Origin: Ruminococcus sp.
Lineage (GTDB): Bacteria; Bacillota; Clostridia; Oscillospirales; Acutalibacteraceae
DNA: 64,000 bases
Assembly: GCA_017473555.1 (NCBI GenBank)
Contig: JAFUKO010000117.1
Span: forward strand, 5,197 to 69,196
Direction of reading: 5' to 3'
Of the stretch, positions 1-9,200 are shown in pieces; within the stretch, counting starts at the first letter, position 1, and the number at the start of each line of letters is the position of its first letter. A program made the translations under genes and the position numbers. Below the pieces are notes generated by a model, which was given only the letters and a program-made list of their open reading frames with translations, had not been told where the DNA came from and ran no database searches.

Positions 1-1
1 T

Positions 2-649
2 TTCGCTGAAGGACGGCTTAACGCAAAAGAAGTGTACTATATTCCTGGTGTTGGTATCGACTTTGCTAAATTTGAAAATATAAAGGTTGATAAGGCGATA
101 AAAAGACAAGAGATTGGCGTGCCTGAAGATGCTTTTCTACTTTTCTCAGTAGGAGAGCTCAACGAAAATAAAAACCATCAGGTTATTATTAAAGCCCTTG
201 CTAAACTCTCGGATCCATCTATTCACTACGCTATTGCAGGTTCAGGTGAAAACAAGGAGTATTTAATCGAGTTATCAAGAGAATTGGGAGTGTCAGAGCA
301 GGTTCATTTACTCGGATACAGGACAGATATAGCACAGCTTAACTTTATTTCTGATGTGTTCTGTTTCCCGTCTATTCGTGAGGGTCTCGGACTAGCGGCT
401 GTTGAAGGTATGGCGTGCGGTCTGCCTGTGATTGCCTCGGATAACAGAGGAACAAGAGAATATATGTCTGCAGGTGAAAACGGCTTTGTGTGCCACAGTT
501 TGGATCCTGATGCTTTTGCAAAAGCTATCGAGACACTAAAAAATGATAAAGAGCTAGTTTCTGTTATAAAGCAGAATAATGAGAAAAGAGCGTTGGATTT
601 CAGCCAGGAAAGAACGAACCTGGTTTTAAAGGAAATTTATGGAGTGTAA
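2..649 (+). CDS. Glycosyltransferase family 4 (GT-B fold), C-terminal part. The 5' end is cut by the window edge.
   Basis: The frame is open from the window start. The C-terminal GT-B signature is present (FPSIREGLGLAAVEGMACGLPVIASDNRGTREY). The internal Met at 32 is probably not the start. Confidence 0.8.
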   Translation, partial: FAEGRLNAKEVYYIPGVGIDFAKFENIKVDKAIKRQEIGVPEDAFLLFSVGELNENKNHQVIIKALAKLSDPSIHYAIAGSGENKEYLIELSRELGVSEQVHLLGYRTDIAQLNFISDVFCFPSIREGLGLAAVEGMACGLPVIASDNRGTREYMSAGENGFVCHSLDPDAFAKAIETLKNDKELVSVIKQNNEKRALDFSQERTNLVLKEIYGV

Positions 650-652
650 TAT

Positions 653-1738
653 ATGAAACCTATCAGGATTCTGCATGTTCTTAACGGTTTATATAACGGT
701 GGAACAGAATCTGTTATTATGAATTGGTACCGCAACATTGATACGTCCAAGGTTCAGTTCGATTTTTTAATCAGAACCAATTGCAATGTTTTTGCGGACG
801 AAATTGAAAAATTGGGCGGTAGAGTTTTTATTACTCCCGAATATCCTAAGCACTACTTTAAAAATAAGAAAGAGACTAAGAAATTTTTTGAGGAGCATAT
901 GGGAGAGTATGCTGCGATTCATGTTCATGGTAACTCTCTTCTGTATGTAAATGTATTTAACATAGCGAAAAAATATGGGATAAGTAACCGTATTTATCAC
1001 AGCCACAGTATATCTACAGGGAATTTTGTGTATCGATGGTTGCACCAGTTCAACAGACTCAGAATAAAAAAACTTGCCACTCACTACCTTGCATGCAGTG
1101 AAATTGCAGGTAGATGGGGTTTTGGCAAGGTTCCTTTTACCGTTATCAATAATGGTGTGGATGTGTCAAAATTTAAATTTGACAAAGCCAAAAGACAGCA
1201 AGTAAGAGAGTCTTTGGGGCTGGAAGACAGTTTTGTTTGTGGTCACGTCGGAAGATTTGTCCCTGTAAAGAATCATACGTTTTTGATTGATGTTTTTAAA
1301 AACCTGCTGCAAAAGAAAGCGGACGCAAAGTTACTGTTGATAGGTAACGGCGATCTCAAAGACGAAATCAAAGACAGAGTTAACAAAATGGGATTAGAAG
1401 ACAAAATCCTGTTTTTAGATGGCACAAATGATATCGGTGCACTGATGCAGGCGATGGATGTTTTCCTTTTACCTTCAAAATTTGAAGGATTGGGTATCGT
1501 AGCGGTAGAAGCACAAGCATCCGGACTTAAGGTATTTGTATCTGATGCGGTGCCAAAAGAAGTTGGTTTAACAGAAAACATCTGCTTTTTACCGATTGAT
1601 GATGAGTCAATCTGGGTTGATGAAATACTTGATGCACATAATCACGAACGTAAGGATGAGAGTGATAGTATAGTAAGAAGCGGATACGAAATTAAAGAGA
1701 TTGCAAAAACGATTGAGAACTTGTATCTGAATCTATAG
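653..1738 (+). CDS. Glycosyltransferase family 4
   Basis: N-terminal GGTE motif (LNGLYNGGTESV) and C-terminal LPSKFEGLGIVAVEAQASGLKVFVSD. GGAGTG precedes the ATG. Confidence 0.85.
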   Translation: MKPIRILHVLNGLYNGGTESVIMNWYRNIDTSKVQFDFLIRTNCNVFADEIEKLGGRVFITPEYPKHYFKNKKETKKFFEEHMGEYAAIHVHGNSLLYVNVFNIAKKYGISNRIYHSHSISTGNFVYRWLHQFNRLRIKKLATHYLACSEIAGRWGFGKVPFTVINNGVDVSKFKFDKAKRQQVRESLGLEDSFVCGHVGRFVPVKNHTFLIDVFKNLLQKKADAKLLLIGNGDLKDEIKDRVNKMGLEDKILFLDGTNDIGALMQAMDVFLLPSKFEGLGIVAVEAQASGLKVFVSDAVPKEVGLTENICFLPIDDESIWVDEILDAHNHERKDESDSIVRSGYEIKEIAKTIENLYLNL

Positions 1739-1752
1739 TTTGGGAGATAGAA

Positions 1753-3021
1753 ATGAATGTTCTTGTAATAGGCGGTGGAGCGTGGGTGGAAACCTCTTCG
1801 CTCGGAAACACATTTTCAAATTTCTTTGAAAATTGGGAAGACACTGAATTTTATAATCTTTATTTTCGTGGAACTCTTCCTCAGAATAACGTATGTGACA
1901 ATTATTTCAGTATAACAGATATGTCGATTCTGAAAAATTTCTTTACACCAAAAAATATCGGTTGCAGAGTACAGAAAAAAAGTCAGAGCAAGAGTGTCGA
2001 TGTTGCATCACGCGAAAAAAAGCTTATTTCGTACATTCATAAATTTAATTTAAAACTTGTTTATAACTTTGAAGACTTTCTTTGGAGAACGGATAAATGG
2101 AAAAATGAAAAGCTCGACGAGTTTTTGAAAGAAGCTGACCCTGATATTGTTTTTACCTTTGCCAGCGGTAACAGCAATATAGTCCGTTCTGTGGAATATA
2201 TTAAGAAAAACTCAGGTGCAAAAATAGTAACTTTTATTGCAGATGATGTCCATAATGAATATTTAAATAAGCACGACAAAATGGGCAGACGTCTGGAAAA
2301 GAACCTTGATGTTCTGTTTAAGATATCAGATAAGATATATGGTATTTCTGAGCAGATGTGTGAGAAATACACCGTACTTACAAATAAAGAAGTGAGTTTG
2401 CTGAAAAAAGGTTGTAAAGAGTTTACTCCTTTAAAGCAGACCTATGAATTGCCACTAAAAATTGTTTATGCGGGAAATCTTTTGTACGGAAGAGATAAGA
2501 CTTTGGCTCAGCTTGCTAAAGAGCTCCACCGTATTAACTCAGATTCTACAAAAGTACAGCTGGAGATATACAGCGGAAGCGAAGTGTCTCAGGAGATGAA
2601 AAATGAGCTTGAGTATGAAGGCACTTCGTTGTTTATGGGAGAATGCCCGTATAGTGAGATAACAGAGATTTTAAGAAATGCTGACGTTGTTCTACACGCA
2701 GAATCATTTGAAGATGATAATATAGAATTGGTGAAATATTCGTTTTCAACCAAAGTGATAGATTGTCTGCAAAGCGGAAACTTGGTTATGGCTATAGGGC
2801 CTGAGTGTGTGTCTTCTATTAAGTATACAAAGTTGATTCCCGGTGCGATAGTGATCGATGACAAGGAAAAAGTATTTGAAACTGTTTCAGGTTTAGTCAA
2901 CGAGTCGCCTGATAATTGGAAATTAAAAGCAGAGAGCATACGAGAGTTTGCGTTATTAAATCACGATGGAAATAACAACAGAAAGAAATTGAGAGCTGAA
3001 TTTTTAGAGCTTATGGGGTGA
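1753..3021 (+). CDS. GT-B-fold glycosyltransferase-like protein, family not recognised
   Basis: The C-terminal half resembles a GT-B nucleotide-sugar domain (VYAGNLLYGRDK ... ADVVLHAESFEDDNIELVKYSFSTKVIDCLQSG). It sits inside a polysaccharide operon with tight spacing. Confidence 0.5.
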   Translation: MNVLVIGGGAWVETSSLGNTFSNFFENWEDTEFYNLYFRGTLPQNNVCDNYFSITDMSILKNFFTPKNIGCRVQKKSQSKSVDVASREKKLISYIHKFNLKLVYNFEDFLWRTDKWKNEKLDEFLKEADPDIVFTFASGNSNIVRSVEYIKKNSGAKIVTFIADDVHNEYLNKHDKMGRRLEKNLDVLFKISDKIYGISEQMCEKYTVLTNKEVSLLKKGCKEFTPLKQTYELPLKIVYAGNLLYGRDKTLAQLAKELHRINSDSTKVQLEIYSGSEVSQEMKNELEYEGTSLFMGECPYSEITEILRNADVVLHAESFEDDNIELVKYSFSTKVIDCLQSGNLVMAIGPECVSSIKYTKLIPGAIVIDDKEKVFETVSGLVNESPDNWKLKAESIREFALLNHDGNNNRKKLRAEFLELMG

Positions 3022-3031
3022 AAAAATATCA

Positions 3032-4102
3032 ATGTGGCCTTTTTATGTATTGGTGTTTGTTCCGCTTACTATACAGATTGTTGCCATAAAAGGTATTGAT
3101 TACAAAAAGAAAAATAAATTTGCGATGATATTTTTCTTTTTGTGGTTGATGGTCTTAATAGTTTTAAGGCACAAAACAATCGGCAACGATACAATTAACT
3201 ACATGAATATCTTTGGCAAGATATGTTATATGAATTTTTCTGAGCTGTACTCGTTTTCCAGTGAGATAGGCTATGTTATGTTAAACAAGATTGTCTCATT
3301 TTTTACGCACAATCCTCAGATTATGATAGCGGTGATAGGAGTTCTGACGATAGTGCTGTTTGTGCCTACGTATCTTAGATTACTTGAAGATACAGGCCTG
3401 ACAGTTGCGTTGTTCTGTATTATGTCAACATTTACAATGTTCTTCTCAGGTCTTAGACAGATGCTTGCTATAGGTATAGGTCTGATAGCATATCATTTTG
3501 TACGAAAAAAGAATATCTGGTTATTTTTGTTGTTTGTATTGATTGCATTTACTTTTCACAACAGCGCGATTATGCTATTGCTTATGTATCCGATATACCA
3601 CACAAAAATCACAAAAAACTGGTTGTATTTTGTTGTGCCTGCAATGGTGTTGATATTCATTTTTAACAAACAGATATTCTCTTCACTGACATTTTTGATG
3701 AGCGAATCTACTCGTTTTGTCGGTGATATAGAATCGACAGGTGCTTATACCATGATTATCCTGTTTGTATTATTCGGAGTTTTCTCGTATATCGTTCCGG
3801 ACGAAAGCAAAATTGATGACGAAACAAGAGGACTAAGAAATTTTCTGTTGCTTTCTATTGCGTTGCAGATGTTTGCTCCTGTAAACTTTTTGGCTATGAG
3901 AATGAATTATTATTACATTATTTTTATTCCGCTTCTGATACCTAAAATTATTAAATATCAGAAAGATGAATTTGGTAATGTGGGTTTTATCGCCAGAAAT
4001 TGTATGGTTGTCTTTTTTATAGCATACTTCCTGTATTCCGCACATATGGGAGTCGGACTTAACACATTCCCATATAAGTTCTTCTGGGAGAATTCGCTAT
4101 GA
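3032..4102 (+). CDS. EpsG-family / Wzy-like polysaccharide polymerase (polytopic membrane protein)
   Basis: About 10 hydrophobic segments and an IGNDTINY motif near the N-terminus, typical of the EpsG family. It lies between glycosyltransferases. Confidence 0.7.
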   Translation: MWPFYVLVFVPLTIQIVAIKGIDYKKKNKFAMIFFFLWLMVLIVLRHKTIGNDTINYMNIFGKICYMNFSELYSFSSEIGYVMLNKIVSFFTHNPQIMIAVIGVLTIVLFVPTYLRLLEDTGLTVALFCIMSTFTMFFSGLRQMLAIGIGLIAYHFVRKKNIWLFLLFVLIAFTFHNSAIMLLLMYPIYHTKITKNWLYFVVPAMVLIFIFNKQIFSSLTFLMSESTRFVGDIESTGAYTMIILFVLFGVFSYIVPDESKIDDETRGLRNFLLLSIALQMFAPVNFLAMRMNYYYIIFIPLLIPKIIKYQKDEFGNVGFIARNCMVVFFIAYFLYSAHMGVGLNTFPYKFFWENSL

Positions 4103-5289
4103 GAGTTGTACAGATAAATGCTACCTGTGGAAAAGGAAGTACAGGTAAGATAGCTGTTGATATAAGCCGGATGTTGACGGATAAGGGTATAGAAAATTAT
4201 ATTCTATACAGCAGTCCGACTTCGGATTATCCCTTGGGATTACAGTGTTCTGATGATAAATATATAAAGCTTCAGGCATTAAAATCCCGTGTTATGGGAA
4301 ACTATGGTTTCAATTCAAGTAAAGCAACCCAAAAGATAATTGCTCAGTTGGAGCGGATCAGACCGGATATAGTGCATTTACATAATATCCATGGTCACGA
4401 TTGCAACTTAAGATTGCTATTCAAATATTTCAAAAAGAACAGAACAAAGCTGTTCTGGACATTTCACGATTGTTGGGCATTTACAGGATACTGTACTTAT
4501 TTTGATATGGCAAAGTGTGACCGCTACAAAACCGGTTGCGGTAATTGCCCTCAAAAAAACACTTACAGCTGGATTTTTGACAAAAGCAGTAGCCTGTATC
4601 AGAAGAAGAAAGAACTGTTTTCGGGGCTTGACTTAACTATCATTACTCCGTCGCAGTGGCTTTGTGACCTTGTTGCACAGTCTTTTTTAAAAGACTATCC
4701 TGTTAAAGTTATCCACAATGGGATAGATTTAAATGTATTCAAACCAACTTATGGTGGCTTCAGGGAGAGATACTCTATCGAGTCTTCTCAGAAGGTTTTG
4801 CTGGGAGTAGCTTCCGAGTGGGAGAAGAGAAAAGGTCTGGATGTATTTATTGAGCTGGCAAAACGTTTGGGCGGCAGATATAAGATTGTTCTTGTTGGCA
4901 CTGATGACGCTATTGATTCTAGTCTGCCTGAGTCTATAATTTCGATTCATCGCACAAATAATCAGACTGAACTTGCACAAATCTATACTGCTGCTGATGT
5001 GTTCCTGATTCCAACGAGAGAGGATAATTTTCCGACGGTTAATCTCGAATCTCTGGCTTGTGGTACACCTGTTATTACTTTTAATACGGGAGGAAGTGCA
5101 GAGAGCTTAGACTCATCGTGTGGATGTGTGGTTAAGTGTGATGATGTTGATTCTATGGAGATGGAAATCAAAAGAATTTGTGAGAGCAACACGTTTTCAT
5201 CACAGGCGTGTGTTGAGCGGGCAAATCTCTTTGATAAAGAAAAAAAGTTTGTACAGTATATAAAGTTGTACGAGGAGGTATTCGATTGA
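4099..5289 (+). CDS. Glycosyltransferase family 4
   Basis: ATGA overlap with the upstream gene. C-terminal REDNFPTVNLESLACGTPVITFNTGGSAE motif. Confidence 0.8.
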   Translation: MRVVQINATCGKGSTGKIAVDISRMLTDKGIENYILYSSPTSDYPLGLQCSDDKYIKLQALKSRVMGNYGFNSSKATQKIIAQLERIRPDIVHLHNIHGHDCNLRLLFKYFKKNRTKLFWTFHDCWAFTGYCTYFDMAKCDRYKTGCGNCPQKNTYSWIFDKSSSLYQKKKELFSGLDLTIITPSQWLCDLVAQSFLKDYPVKVIHNGIDLNVFKPTYGGFRERYSIESSQKVLLGVASEWEKRKGLDVFIELAKRLGGRYKIVLVGTDDAIDSSLPESIISIHRTNNQTELAQIYTAADVFLIPTREDNFPTVNLESLACGTPVITFNTGGSAESLDSSCGCVVKCDDVDSMEMEIKRICESNTFSSQACVERANLFDKEKKFVQYIKLYEEVFD

Positions 5290-6137
5290 ACAGTCTTCAA
5301 AGCACCGAGCTTGAGATATTAAAAGCTTTTATTGGTGTTTGTGAGCAGCTGAAAATCAAATATTTTCTGGTATGCGGAACCGCATTGGGTGCCGTGAAAT
5401 ACAATGGTTTTATCCCATGGGATGATGATGTGGATGTCGGTCTCTATAGAGAGGATTACGAAGAGTTTTGTAACAAAGCACAGGCGTTGTTACCTGACTA
5501 CTATTTTTTGCAGACATACAAAACAGATAATAAGTTCCCTTGTATATACTGTAAAATAAGAGATTCCAGAACCACATACATAGAAAAGAGTATGTCGTCA
5601 CTTAACATAAATCATGGTGTTTATATAGATGTTTTTCCACTTGACGGATATCCTAAAAATAAAGAAGAATCCGCTATTTTGGAGAAACAGAAACGAATTC
5701 ATGAGTTAAAGCTAGCGAGTGCTTTTAAGACTACAAAACAGCATTCTCTGAAATCAAAGATATTTTTAAAGATTGAGCGAATGCTGGGATATCACAGAAG
5801 AACTGCTAAGACAGTCCTCAAGCTTGAAAAAATTCTATCTCAGTGGAGAATTGAAGAATCAGAGCTTGTTTGTAATCATGGCAACTGGCAGGGAAAACTT
5901 GAGTATGCGCCAAAATCTCAGTATGGTGAAGGTGTACTTGTTGACTTTGAGGGAATCAAGGTAAGGGTTCCTGAAAACTATGATGAGTATCTCACTCAAA
6001 AATATGGTGACTGGAGAGCTGAGTTGCCTAAGGAACAGCAGATAGGTCATCATTATTACGAGATAATGGATTTAAATACTCCGTATAAAAAATACGTCCG
6101 AAAAAGCTTTGGCGGGAGTATTAAAATTATACGTTAA
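5286..6137 (+). CDS. licD: LicD-family phosphotransferase (phosphocholine or other phospho-alcohol/sugar transfer to a glycan)
   Basis: Classic LicD N-terminal motif CGTALGAVKYNGFIPWDDDVDVGLYREDY and a downstream DVFPLD. TTG start 9 nt after GAGGAGG, overlapping the upstream stop. Confidence 0.85.
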   Translation: MNSLQSTELEILKAFIGVCEQLKIKYFLVCGTALGAVKYNGFIPWDDDVDVGLYREDYEEFCNKAQALLPDYYFLQTYKTDNKFPCIYCKIRDSRTTYIEKSMSSLNINHGVYIDVFPLDGYPKNKEESAILEKQKRIHELKLASAFKTTKQHSLKSKIFLKIERMLGYHRRTAKTVLKLEKILSQWRIEESELVCNHGNWQGKLEYAPKSQYGEGVLVDFEGIKVRVPENYDEYLTQKYGDWRAELPKEQQIGHHYYEIMDLNTPYKKYVRKSFGGSIKIIR

Positions 6138-6202
6138 GATGCTAAAACAATCGCACACAATGTGCGTCGATATAAAAATATATTTATAAGGAGGAAGAAA
6201 CA

Positions 6203-9200
6203 ATGAAAAAGTTTCTTGCAATCACACTGGCAGTATTGATGCTCGTTTCAGTATTGCCTATGTCCGCATTTGCAGCAAGCTTTGATACTTCTGTTTCTAA
6301 TGATTACTTCTCAGTAATTTCTAAGAAAGAGTATAACCTGGCTCCAGGTGCAACAGAAACAGAATTAGTACTCAACAGTGCTGCAGGTGACGACCGTAAG
6401 GTTGCTCATATTTTTGAGGTCGATACTAAAAATGATCAGATTCAGGTGTTACCTGGTTATTATGGTATCGAAAATCTCGATCCAGACAACCTCGCACTTG
6501 ATGGCGTTGCTGACAAGAGCGTATATTGGAAATCTGAGCAGCTTACAAAGACTGTAGCTTATTACGAAGGTTTAGGCTACAACGTAGTAGGTGCTATGAA
6601 TACAGCTCTTGCATACGATTCAAACGCACCATACGGCTACATGGTATACAACGGTGTTGTACTTGGTACACCTGAGGTTCACAAGGGTGCACAGACATAC
6701 CTTGCTATTGATGCAGAGGGTAACTGTGAGCTTCGTTTAATGAGCACTCCACTTGATGGTAGTGAAGTAACTGCTATTTCAGCAAACTTTGGCTGGCTTG
6801 TTAAGGATGGCGTACTCGTAAGCAAGAGTGTTGAGCGTACAACATCAGACGCTTCCCGTTCAATGATCGGTATCAAAGCGGACGGCACACTCGTATTCTG
6901 TCAGGTAGACGGACGTAATGCTCCTTTCTCTACAGGTCTTTCTAACTATGAGATGGGCGAAATGATGTTATCAATCGGTTGCGTTAACGCTGTTAACTGT
7001 GACGGTGGTGGCTCATCTACTTTCGTTTCTAAGCGTGAGGGTGAAGAGGCTAACGTGATGCGTTCAGTTCCTTCAGATGGTTCTGAGCGTCCAACTATCA
7101 ACAGCGTAATCCTCGTATCTAAGGCTGTTTCTACAGGTGAGTTTGATCACGCTGTTCTTACAACTGATTATGAGTACTATGCACCTGGCACAAAGGCTAC
7201 AATGACTATCAAGGGCGTAGACGCTGCAGGTTCACCTGCTGAAGTTCCTGCTGAAGGTATTTCATGGCAGCTTTCAGATTCAAGCTTTGGTACAGTAGTA
7301 GATGGCGTGTTCACATCTAATGGCACTAAGGGTGATGTAACAGTACAGATGTTATACAACGGCAACGTAGTTGGTGAAAAGACTATCTCTATCGTTGACC
7401 CTGATGTATTTGCACTTGCAGTTGACGAAACTGTTCTTCCATACGGCAAGAGCATGGCTCTCGAATTTGCATGTACATACGGTGCTGATGACTGGGACGT
7501 TTGTGTTGATGGTGCTTATACAGTAGCACTTTCGGATGATACAGCTGCTACAATGGATGGTAACACACTTACAGCTACAACTGATGAAAGCGTAAAGGGC
7601 GTTACAGTAACAGTTACATATAAACCAAACACTGCTGTAAAAGATACTTTATTAGTAACTTACGGTAAGGGTTCAGAGGTTATCTACGACTTTGAAGATG
7701 GCACAACAGCAGGCTTCGTAGGTTTTGATGAAGCTAAGCAGTGGTGTATCGACAACGGCGTTAACAACACCTTAGTTGGTTCGGATCCACTTGGCGGTCA
7801 GTTTAATGAGCAGGTTGACGGTTACACTGCTGTATCTGACGCAAGCAAAGGCGAGCCAGTAAGAAATGGTAACCATGCTCTTGCATGGAAAATTGACAAC
7901 ACAAATGCTACATTTGGTAACTGGACATATAACGTTATCTTTAACGTTGGTGAAACTATTGTTTTAAGAGACGTTGCAAATGGTAAGAATGCTACAACTC
8001 TTGGTATGTGGTTATACATTCCTGAGGGTGCAGCTGGTCTTGCATTCCAGTCACAGCTTTATACTAAGAGTGGCGACTCATATACACATTGTCAGAGCCA
8101 CTTTACATTTAAGACAAAGAGCGGTACTGTAAAGAACCTCAACTCTTGTACTGAGGCTGATATCCCTGAATCAAGATGGGTATATGCTTCTATCAGTCTT
8201 ACAGCTTATGACTATGTATGTACACCTATAGCTTCTTTTGAGGGCAACGCACGTACACCTTCTTTCATTCGTACATACATTAAGCCTACTGTTCCTGCAG
8301 TTCATACATTCTACATCGATGACATTACTCTCGATTACAGCTCGGCTGTTGATGACAGAATCGCTCCTGATATCTCTAACGTAAGCTATACTACAGCTGA
8401 CGAGTCAGTAGCTTTAGCAGATGGTGCTACTATCAACGGAAACACAATAGCTTTCTCTGCTACTGTTTCTGACAATACAAAGCTTGACTATTCAACAGGT
8501 AAAATCTATGTTGATGGCAACGAGCTTACAAATGTTACATGCTCAGGCAAAACTCTTGCAAGTGAGGGTGTAACACTCACATCAGGTGCTCACGAAGTTG
8601 CTTTTGAGGTCAAAGATGCTCTTGGCAACCCAACTAAGGTTGTAAGAAATATCACAGTAGCTGGTGATAGCGTTGTTACACTTTCAGGTCACAACGATTC
8701 AGGCAAGCTCCCTGAAATTGATTCAGTTTACTTTGTAGATATTAACACAAACGTAGCTGATGTAAATAAACTTACAACAGTATTAAAGCTTCAGACAGCA
8801 AACAATTGGGAAACACAGGGTGCTGTTGTTGCTGACGGCTTTGATGCTAAGTTTGAATATAGCGAAATGACAAATCTCTTAACAGTAACTGTTGAGAGAA
8901 ATGGCGAGGCTGTTGATGAGACAGCTACAACTCTTGTTTCAATTCCTGTTCGTCTTTGGTCTTGGAATACATATAACCATGTAACTGGTGAAGTTGTTAC
9001 TCCTGATGCTCAGTTTGCAACAGGTTACTGTCCGATTGTAACAGTAGACTGTGACGTAGTTCAGGGTAGTGTTGAATACGTTAAGAATGTTAACGCAGGT
9101 TACCTTGGCGCATTCGGCGGAAGCATTTCTGTTACTACAAATATTAACGACAATGTAAATCCTTGGCATAAGCATACTGCAACAGCAGTTGAAGACAAGG